Below are positions 1-9,830 of a stretch of DNA of 64,000 nucleotides, one piece after another (the stretch's first letter is position 1; every line of letters starts with the position of its first letter). A model generated the notes under the pieces. The model was given only the letters and a program-made list of their open reading frames with translations. It was not told the origin of the DNA and ran no database searches. A program made the translations under genes and the position numbers. This DNA comes from Rhynchobatus australiae. Taxonomy: Eukaryota. Where the stretch lies: positions 74,220,598-74,284,597 of the forward strand of contig JAUZTB010000118.1 in the NCBI GenBank assembly GCA_034780895.1. Direction: 5' to 3'.

Positions 1-840
1 TCTAATAACAATAATTTGTATTTGTATGCTGATGTGAACATAGTGAAATATCCAAAGAAGCTTTAACAAAACTTGACATAAGTACACAGAATGGAGATAC
101 AAGGTCATTTGATCACAAATTTTGTTGCAACTCTTTAACCCCGGTGTTGAGAGGAATCTTAAAGAACAGTGAGGGTGCAAGGTGAAGAGGTTTAGGGAGG
201 GAATCCCAGNNNNNNNNNNNNNNNNNNNNNNNNNNNNNNNNNNNNNNNNNNNNNNNNNNNNNNNNNNNNNNNNNNNNNNNNNNNNNNNNNNNNNNNNNNN
301 NNNNNNNNNNNNNNNNNNNNNNNNNNNNNNNNNNNNNNNNNNNNNNNNNNNNNNNNNNNNNNNNGATGGGGCTCAGGTGTGTGTCATTATGCAATCAGTC
401 CAGCATGGAATCCATGTGCTGTACAACGAGGCATCTAAGGACCCAAATTGAGGGCCAATACTCAGAACCATGACAGCAATGTTTTGATCACCACATATTT
501 CAAAGGCTTGAAATTGGGAGGTCTTCAAGTACTGCTTTGGAAAAGTCAAATCTGAAAGCTGCCAGAGAGAGGGATGGAGTTGGTGGCTTCGGAATTTATG
601 GCATGAACTGGAAACAGTAGTTTCAGTCTTTTCAATATTTAATACCAGAGATCAGTTAAGAACGGTGACGATTTAAAGTGGAGAGGTTGAGAGAAATGTT
701 GAAGTAGGAGTGGTTGTCATCAGCATATTATGAAAACTGTCACTGTATATTCAGATGAGGCCACCAAGGGGCAGCTTATAGAGGATAAATAGGAGAGAGA
801 GACAAGACTAGATTTCTCATAAACATCAGAGATAATAGTG
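1..840 (-). mobile_element. Degenerate L2-like LINE, 3' part with RT remnant
   Basis: Reverse complement of 716-727 reads TATGCTGATGAC (YADD RT motif). 1-210 resembles an L2-type 3' tail in reverse orientation. Interrupted by an N gap. Confidence 0.6.
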
Positions 841-1774
841 CCAAGATAATACTTCACTTTGCATAATTCCAAATCTATTCACTACTCATTTACATATTAT
901 TTCAATTACATCGTAATCTTTGGCAAAATTTTATGGCTTACTTAGTAACCATAATTTTAGTCAGAATCTTTTTTCATACTGTGTTTCCAGAAACAGAGTG
1001 TGATACTATAAAACATTACAGACTGTATGCATATACTAGAGACTATAATTTAGTAAGTGTCAAATGTTTTCTAACCTTTTTGTGTAAATTGGCACTCCTA
1101 AACTATATTGAAACTAACAGTGCACTAGTTATCATAGTTATCCTGTGCTTTGGAGATTAAACATGTCTAAAGTCCAGGCAATCTGTCCTTCAAAATGCAG
1201 TGCATTTGGGCTCAATTATGCACTCAAATGAGAAGCTGTGGAAGCTACATCTATCTCATTAGTGACTTTTTGCTGGGTAATATCTGGACAAATCTCACTA
1301 CAAGTGCAAGATTGACAGAGCAATCACAGCCCTCCCCCCACTGACCGACTATCACATCTGGGGCACCCCTGACCTTTGCCTGTTCTGCTGCACAGAATGA
1401 ACATGGTGCAATTAAAGCTGTTCGATTAGAAATGCACTTTGCTGAGTTAACAGATTTTAGTCAAAATAGTAACAAAGGCACGATAATCAGTGCAGTACCT
1501 TTGGACTGGAGCAGGTAAAATCTACCAGATTTCCCACCTCTGATTATTTCCATCAGTACTTTACTGTAAAACAAATTATCCTGAGGGCTTTGGGCAAGGA
1601 GGTAAACAATCTGGGTTTCTGTGCCACACTCTTTAACAGTTACCACCTGTATCAAATGTCAAAGCACAATTTATCATCTTCAAATTTTAGTTTGGATTTA
1701 AACCACCGTCCAACAATCAATTCATGCCACTGACATTACTAAATCCAGCTTGTTTATCAACCATTGAAAAGCAT

Positions 1775-1992
1775 GAAACAACAGACGCTGGGAACTGGAA
1801 ATCAAAACAGAGACTGTTGAAGGTACTCAGCAGGTCAGGCAGCATCTGAGGAGCAAGAATAGAATAAATGTTCCAAGTCAAAGACCCTTTGTTAGAACTG
1901 AAATGTGCAACATCACTGATCTGAAGTGTAAACTCTTTCACCACAGATATTGCCTGACCTACTGAGCACTTCCAGCATTTTCTGTTTTATTA
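1775..1992. repeat. Palindromic chondrichthyan repeat with two inverted arms, possibly Penelope-terminal-repeat derived
   Basis: Arm ~1805-1848 (ctcagcaggtcaggcagcatctg) is the reverse complement of arm ~1943-1990 (cagatattgcctgacctactgag). Related copies at ~19680-19870, 22095-22250, 41865-41975 and 46430-46520. Confidence 0.65.
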
Positions 1993-2164
1993 TTTGTTAT
2001 TAATGATGTAAATATTGGATGCTAGCTTATTGAACAATTAAACTTAAAAGCTATCTGTGAAAAAAGCAGCTTCATTCATTTTTGCTTTTCCCTTTTTTTT
2101 GCTTATACATTGTGCCATTCTAAAAAACACCAGCTAATTCCAGATTTTTTCCATTGATTTATTT

Positions 2165-3060
2165 TTATGGATGTGGACAATTCTGGCATGGCCAGCATTT
2201 ATCGCCCATCCCTAATGATCCTTGGCAAGGTCATGGCGAGCCTCCTTCTCGAATGGACGCAGTCCTTCTGGAGAAAGCATTCCTACATTCCCGTCGGCTT
2301 AGGAGTTCCAGGATTCTGAGCCAATGATTCCCAAGTCAGGATGGGAAGTGACTTGGAGGGGCACCTGCAGGTAATGGTGTTCACAATGCACTCAATGCCC
2401 TTGTCCTTGTCGACAGAGATTGCAGATTTGCGAGGTGCTGATTGAGTAACTGTAGATGATGCACACTGCAGCCACTGTGTGCCAGTGGTGGAGTGAGTGA
2501 ATGCTTAGTGGTGAATGGGATGCCGATCAAGCAGACTGCATTACCAGACATGCTAGTGTAGCAGTTAGTGTAACGCCATTACAGCTCCAGTGACCCTGGT
2601 TCAATTCCAGCCGCTGTCTGTGAGAAATTCGTGCGTTCTCTCCGTGTCTGCGTGGGTTTCCTCCGGGTGCTCCGTTTTCCAAAGACGTACGGGTTAGGAA
2701 GTTGTGGGCATTGCTGTGTTGGCACCAGTTGGCGACACTTGCGGGCTGCCCCCAGAACACTCCACGCAAAAGATGCATTTCACTGTGTGTTTCGATGAGC
2801 AAGTGACTGATAAAGAAATCTTATCTTTCTGACTTGTTGGAACTGCACTCACCTAAACTGGATAATGTGCTGCAGTTGGTCAAAAGCCTTTGGGTGTTAA
2901 GAGGTGAGTAACTCTGACCTGTTCTTATTAAAGACAGTGTTTGTGTGCTGCCACTGCTGAACTTCTAGACAATAGTTACTCCCACCCCACACCCCCACCC
3001 TTCCCCCACTATGGTAATGCCATTGGATGCCAAGGGTAGGTGGTCAGATCCTCCTAAGCA
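2165..3060 (-). mobile_element. Degenerate CR1/L2-clade LINE 3' end, split by a younger SINE at 2549-2827
   Basis: Has ggccagcatttatcgcccatccctaat...ggagttccaggatt...cacactgcagccactgtg, and resumes after the SINE with ttgttggaactgcactc...gaggtgagt...ctctgacctg. The same family occurs in + orientation at 61110-61660. Confidence 0.7.
2549..2827 (+). mobile_element. tRNA-derived V-SINE (HE1-like)
   Basis: A-box-like tagtgtagcagttag, B-box ggttcaattcc, V-domain gtgtctgcgtgggtttcctccgggtgctcc, tail catttcactgtgtgtttcgatg...ataaagaaatcttatc. Closely similar inverted copy at 49268-49559. Confidence 0.85.
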
Positions 3061-3064
3061 GGAG

Positions 3065-3292
3065 AAAGGCCTTTACAGCCCCTTACAATCTGTCCCACTC
3101 AGTAAAATTTAGTTGACTCTGTGCCTGGTCCGCTTTGCTGCCCATTCCTCTCCCGTTTCTCCACTTTCCCGATGTCAAAAAACTCCTGCGTCGTGACTGA
3201 GGATCCACAGACCCCTGGGGCAGAGAATTCCAAGGATTTAGGGCTCTCTGCATAAACAAATGCTCCTCACCTCTCCGTTCATTTGAATGCAT
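3065..3292 (-). mobile_element. CR1 LINE 3' fragment (old)
   Basis: Minus-strand translation HLFMQRALNPWNSLPQ matches the CR1 ORF2 C-terminal F(T)QR..WN.LP motif. Confidence 0.7.
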
Positions 3293-4656
3293 TCTTCGTT
3301 ATGCAGCAGCCCACATGTATGAATAATTATGCCTTCTGCACAATTATGTATTATTTGCCACACGCTTATATATTGAATCCTTCATTCCTACTCAAGGCAA
3401 ACAAAAAGGGCCAACACTGGATGTAATAAAACCAAACCATGGAAGTATTTGCTGGGCAGCAGGTATTTCATTGATCGGCGTCCGTGGATGGGATTTATTT
3501 CGATTCTTAACACTTTTAATCTCTCCCGAAGTAAGTATTATGCGGCAATGAAACTGCTTCCACAGCGTTTGACCAGGAAGAGAGCGAGGGAGGTTAAATG
3601 AGTCGTTTGAGGGAGCTGGAGGGTGGGGATGAAGTGGGAAAGGCGATGGGGAAGGGGTGAAAGGAAGAAAGGGTGCAAGCAGGCGCGCACCATTTCAAGC
3701 GTGTGGTTTCTTTTAACACCGGTCATCGTTAGCAGTATTCCTCCGGAGAATGCTGCCGTGCGTTTCTGCGGCCATTAACTTTGCCGACCATCCTGCTCTG
3801 TGTGTTCCGCTGAAGTCACCGGGTGAGGTACCTGCTGCAATTGGAAAGAGCAGCACGTACTCATATAACTGGCTGGCGAAGAACCAGTGTGGGCAGGAAG
3901 ACGAAGTTGTTGGAAAAATCATTGTGCAAGTTAAAGAAAACACATTCTTGCTTTGAAGTCGGCGTGGAAGTGAAACTTCAAGAATTTAGTTTCGGATTTG
4001 CTGAACTTGTAACATCCTTTTCGTGCTGTTTCGTTGAATGTTTTGTCTTTTTGTCTGGGCCCCTCCCTTGCCTCTCCACCTTCTATTGCTTGCATATTCT
4101 TTTGATTGTCTTACAACTGTCACCTCGCGGTCTTTTGTTAACCAGTATGCGGGACATTCACTGATTTACCGCCTCCCTCTTTACAGCCTAGGTGTTCATT
4201 CCCGCCATTATTTCCCCACTGAAATACCACCACGCTTTAACCTGATGAAACGAGAGACTTGCAAAATGTCATTTAATCTAAAACAAGTACAGACAAGCTA
4301 ATAAAAGTTATTTTCCTGTTTGCATCTGCTCTTCGTTTAGCAACGTATGTTATTTCGGGATTTCCATTTTTTTTATTGTTCGATATACAGAACTGCTCTG
4401 TCTGGCCCACAGAGCGTTGTTATGATTTTAATCTGCCATTTTTAAAATCTCAAATGTCAACAAACGCGTGAATAAAATTGAAGGGATGTAGGACTGGGAG
4501 TCGATAGGATTTCTTCCTGTTCTCTTGGATAAGTGGAAATTCGGAAGCTTTGTTTGGAAAGTAAAGCGAAGATAGAGCTGTTTCAAGGATAGATTGTGAT
4601 CCACACGTTGAACCTGTCACCAGTAAATTAATAGGATGTATCTCTGTTGAAAACGG

Positions 4657-4785
4657 ATTGGCTCTTAAACCAATCCCAATGAACGGGTCAGTTCCAAAGT
4701 GCCAGTGAGTGTACGGGTACCATGAATATATTTTCATTCACTTAGCGTGAAGTGGAAAATAAATTCTTAAAATGCCCGCATAAAT
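4657..4785 (+). promoter_or_regulatory. Candidate core promoter: CCAAT cluster plus TATA-like element
   Basis: ATTGG 4657-4661, CCAAT 4670-4674 and 4676-4680, and CATAAAT 4779-4785, immediately upstream of the most GC-rich block. Confidence 0.4.
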
Positions 4786-4809
4786 GCTTCACAGATTCTC
4801 CAGGATCGG

Positions 4810-5412
4810 ATTTGGGTGCGACTGGGGAACAGTCTACCTACTGCTGAGTGCAAAGCGCTGGTTCAGTTCAAAGAGAAGAGAAATCCAGCCCGGGTTTTGA
4901 TTGCTGTCTCTTCCAAAGCGGATAGCCAGTGACAGCTGGAGTTTGAAGGCAAGGATGAGGCAGTACTGGGGCTCGTAAGATAGGCGGCTTGTCCTGCAGA
5001 TCTCCAAATAAGATGACTCGGAGCTTGAGTAGCCAGCGCCTTCCCAGTCTGTGTGACAGGATCTCGGACGAGGAGCTATAGGCTTACACCAGCGGCTTTC
5101 ACTTGAGCCAACTCTCACCCCCCCCCCCCCCTTTGAGAGCCGTGCCGGATCGGCGACAGTTTCCTGGGTGGATTTCTGGCGGATTTGCATGAACAGGATT
5201 TTTGAGCAGTAAAAGTTCCACATGCAGCCGGGCAGGTCGGAGGACCGCCGTGTTACTCTCCCCCTTCTCCAGGAAGGACAAATGTGTTATCCGCACAGCG
5301 GCTGACAACCACTGTGTGAATCAAGTTGGCCACGGATAGCCTTAAGTGGATTACTAATGAGACGCCAGTGCCGCTGGTTCGAGTCCTTCGCCTGCCTTTG
5401 CCTGTCTAGAAG
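4810..5412 (+). other. sema6a: Putative non-coding exon 1 (5'UTR) of sema6a
   Basis: GC/CpG-rich block downstream of the CCAAT/TATA-like motifs, ending at candidate donor AAG|GTAGAG (GT 5413-5414) and followed by T/G-rich intron-like sequence. Both boundaries are inferred. Confidence 0.4.
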
Positions 5413-8400
5413 GTAGAGTGACTCTCTGATTATTCCTACGGATCAAGAGCTTGCACCTTTGTTGTTGTGTGTGCCGAGCATGTGTTCTTTGTTATTTTGC
5501 GTGTGTCTTTTCTTGAGATTTGTTCTACTAATTGTTCACCCCTCCGCCGTGATCATATCTACAGGGCGCGGGGTGTGTAGAACCGGAGCAGGGAGCTGTG
5601 TGTTTTGGAGAGTGTTTCTCGGCTGCTGACATCAGGCTGCCGAGGACTGGTGCGAACTCTCTGCTGGTCTTATACCTCGCTTCTGGATTTCTTTTGTTGT
5701 TGTTGTGTGCTGGGGCTGGTTTTAATTTTTGACGCAGACGCTAAATCCATTTTCTTCTCAATAAGGACCATGCACTAAGCACATCGTCGGCATGTATTTA
5801 AAAAGACCTTTCTCTTTTTATTTGTTAAAGTTGCCTTCAGAATTCTTTCATCGCCCCCGTTCGCTTTTCTGTATAAAATACTACCTTTTAACAGTACTTT
5901 TAAATGCCAAGCGGTTTTCATCTCGTTTAAAGTGGATAGCACTAGTTAGTAGCCCGGCTCCGTTGACAAAAACCTTTGAACGGACGTAATTGCTTAGAAT
6001 CCAGGGCTAGCAGATCAAGCGTGGAGGTTTGTGTTGTGTGTTGGAACCCCGGGAGTGGGCGAGAACCGAGGACTCCCGTGTCCATCTCCCCTTTTGTTGT
6101 ATGTGTCGATAAAGCAGTTCAGAGCGAAATAGTTGAAAGTAATCTGCAGAAACAATAGTCCAAGTCTATAAATCCCCACGTGTGTGTGTTTTTTACCCCG
6201 GGATTGACAGTGGTATAGTTGGTACATTAAAATACTTGGAACAGATGACTGTGTCCTACGCGAGGACCGGGGAAATAGAAGTTTAGTCGCAATGTGCAGC
6301 ACTTGTCTCGTTACCTTGCGAGGCTGAAGTCCTCGTCAAACACTCCCAGGGAAGGGACAGTACATCTGAGATACAGAATGAAGATTCTGCCCCANNNNNN
6401 NNNNNNNNNNNNNNNNNNNNNNNNNNNNNNNNNNNNNNNNNNNNNNNNNNNNNNNNNNNNNNNNNNNNNNNNNNNNNNNNNNNNNNNNNNNNNNNNNNNN
6501 NNNNNNNNNNNNNNNNNNNNNNNNNNNNNNNNNNNNNNAGTGGGGTGGGGATGTTGCTTCGGCTTCTATCCTCTCTGTTGTGAAGAGGAGATGAGCCACA
6601 TTTTAAGCGGTGCAGTAGGTTGGTGAATCTGCATTGCAAGTGTTTGTGGCAAGCGGTATACCCTGACTGGATAGGAAGCAGTCTCCGGAGACCAGTTCCC
6701 GTCCCTCGCAATACTGGTGTCAGTATTAAAACTGACCCCGAGCTGATATCTATCTCCGATCGTTGTTTGTATAGTCGAGCGCGTCTTTTCCTTTTGCGTA
6801 GAGGGAGGTTAAATGAATATAGTGGGCAGGACTGTCGAACCACATAAAAGCTTTCAATCTGTGAACGGGGAAAATCTGCACTTTCAAATTGGCTTTGTGT
6901 GCGTGTGGATCCTACTGGCTTGAGTTATCGCTCAGCCAGGATCTTCATCTATTAATCATGGAAGCTACTTACTTATTCAGTTTCCATAGTTTCAAAGCCT
7001 CTGATAGTGTTTTAGTGTCTTGGGAATGGCTCGACATACAGTAGGGGCACATGCTCACCAGCCCTTCTGGCAGCAGAATGGAACTTTAAAAAAAAATCTT
7101 CAGTGTTTCAGAGAACCTTCCCTTCTCTATTCCTGCTTCTCCTCTGAACTTTGGGTCCAGCGACTTGCGAAAGGTTACTGGTTAGTTTGGACGGCAGAAT
7201 ATTTTTATTTATCAGACGACACGTGTAGAGCAAAATTATGGCCTCTCCAATCACCACTGAGTATTTGCAAATAGCAGTCATGATTTCATGATTATTCATC
7301 AGCAGATGCTGTGTTTTCTCATTGGAACCTTATGCCGGAAACAGTTATTCCATATGGAAGTGTCTGGCACTTGGAAGTGTTAACCCAGTTTTTTGATCAG
7401 GTTACTCTGTGGCTTTCCTATAGGACATTACCGAATGACAGACTGCCTAATTTTGCTAAGCAGAGCAACGTAGGTGTGCATGAGTATGTTGATGTTTGTG
7501 TACATGAGAGAGTGTTTATATTTTTTTTACACTTTTACGTGCTTGTCACAATGCTAATCTAGGAATCGCGATTCCTCCTACGGATGAGAATTGTGTGAGA
7601 GTCGAGCTCCCAGTCCCCTCCCTCTCAATGTTCTCTCAGGAGCATGGGGCTCGCCGCTCCTTCTCCTCTTCCCTCTTTTTGTTCTATGCTCCACCTGCTG
7701 GTCTAGTCGAGAATTGACGCGAGCGGTCGGTCCAGCGGGGTTCAAATGTCAAATCGAGTCAAAGATTCAAAGGTGGGATCCTACGGTAGTGGAGCTCTGG
7801 CAATGTGCTGCTTGAGATATAACATTACCCTTAGAAAGAAATGAGTTAACCGACCTTAGCCTTGTGTTGAGGTGTTGGGTTGCCGTGGTGTAATAAAGTG
7901 TCCTTCTAATCCTTTCATTGTGATGTGCTTGGAGAAAATCTGTAATGTTGTGATTTGATAGTAGTGGAAGCATTATTGCATCAAAGGCTGGCTATATTCA
8001 TAAGCGTTGCTTGCACAGATATGATTGTCCAAGGTTTATGAGCCTGCACTAAAAAGACCTGGGCTTATGTTGAAATATAGCATTGCTGCTGCATCATCAA
8101 AAGTAAGTTGAGCTTTTGTGTGGCTGTTTTATTGGATGTTTCCATTTGAAGCCTAGAACTGTTCTCTAAGCTTAATTATTGCAAGACATATCTTTGTTTT
8201 ACTCTGCACTTGGATGTAAGGCAGTTCCATTGGATGTGTGTTCTGATGCTTGCAGCAATATTTTGCTGCAGTGAATGAGGTATCTAAATCTGTCAGCACA
8301 CTTTTGATTCCTTATGATTCACCAAAATGCAAGATATAGAGTTTTAAATTGCAGCTGCATTCTGTGGTTACTTAAATCTTTTTTAATATGTACTGTGATA

Positions 8401-9487
8401 TTTTACATTTTGGGAAGCAGCTTCCAGTGAATAAAAACATAGNNNNNNNNNNNNNNNNNNNNNNNNNNNNNNNNNNNNNNNNNNNNNNNNNNNNNNNNNN
8501 NNNNNNNNNNNNNNNNNNNNNNNNNNNNNNNNNNNNNNNNNNNNNNNNNNNNCACATTAACATTTCCAGTCCATTTTCTTTTATATATTGGTTATAGGAA
8601 ACTTAGTTTTGCTTGCATGTTACATAACATTACAAGAGAACTGCTGAATGTACCCACTGCACACTCCCTGGCAGCAGTGGGAATTGTGTCATCTGTAAAC
8701 ATTTCAGTAAGAGTGAAAAGATTTCTTCAGCCAAGAGATAGAAATCTTATAGCAGTGCTTCTGAAAACAGGACAGTACGTTTGAAAATGGATGGCTAATG
8801 TGACATACGTTGTGTGGATGTGCTTTGCTGAGATTTTTTTCCTTGATATTTCATTTACGAGTAAAAGTGAAATGCCAACAAATGGTCTAATATGAGAGCT
8901 ATGTTTCTTCGACAAAGGTAGAGTGATTGAATTACTTTATTGTGTGCCTTGTCCTTGAATAAGTCTGTTTTTGTTATTTTCTAAGCAATTCCATGAGAAT
9001 TATATTTAGTCAGTTTGCACCTTCTCTGGTTGTTAAATGGCAAAATTTGGCATCAAGTAACTTTTAATCAAATGCAAACATCATAAATCAGATTTACCAA
9101 ACATCAACAGGCAGAATCCTCACCAGCAGAGCAAAGCCTTTTAATATCCCACTGAGTGTGAATTTTAATCATGTAATGAAGTAGAACCAATTCACTGGCA
9201 AGATGAAAGAATTTGCCCATCTGTGTGTGCAAAGCTGCAGTCGAGGCAGAAAAAACCTTTGAACACTTTTTAAGTGCTAAGAACTCGAGTTAGTGTACAG
9301 AATGCTAGGGCTAATGTAATCCCTGCACAACACAGTAGTTGTAAATTATTGGCTGCACAAAGATGTTACAAATGAAAGAGAAATAATCACTTTTCCTAGA
9401 AATGATAAAATCAACCTTCTGGGCTTTCATTCAAAGTAAATGAGATAAATAAATATAACCATCAGCACTATTAATAAAAGAACATCA

Positions 9488-9830
9488 AAGAAAGGCTTGC
9501 ATTTTTATAGAGCTTAAATATCCTTTTTCAAATGTCCCAAAGTGCTTTATAGTCACTTTTGTAATCTAGGAAACATGACAACCTATTTGTACACAGTAAG
9601 TTTCCACAAATAGTATTGAAATTGGTACGGTTGACTGAAAAATAAATATTGTTCAGGAAACCACAATCAATCCCTCTGTTCTTCTTCATAAATAGTAACA
9701 TGTGATTTTTTTATATATCAACCTAAGAAAGCAGACAACTTAACATCTCACTGCAAAAGCAATGCACGTGACAGTGTAGCACTTCACCAGTACTGCATTG
9801 GAATATCAGCCTGGATTTTTATGCTCAAGA
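9488..9830 (-). mobile_element. DeuSINE (SacSINE1/AmnSINE1-like) ancient SINE
   Basis: Resembles the recalled reverse-complement Deu-domain pattern: ttgcatttttatag...gtcccaaagtgcttt...acacagtaagtttccacaaa...aataaatattg...ttcttcataaatagt...gacagtgtagcact...cagtactgcattgg...cagcctgga. Confidence 0.65.

Larger units (their letters stand above)
3480..7800. promoter_or_regulatory. CpG-enriched island around the presumed sema6a promoter and first exon
   Basis: By eye CpG density is markedly higher than in flanking DNA and interspersed repeats are scarce. It lies ~30 kb upstream of the first coding exon, consistent with a separate non-coding first exon. Confidence 0.7.

Noticed and set aside
4834-5223. 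129-aa antisense ORF over the CpG island
   Set aside because: GC-rich DNA is stop-poor; no domain similarity, and it includes a low-complexity poly-G run.
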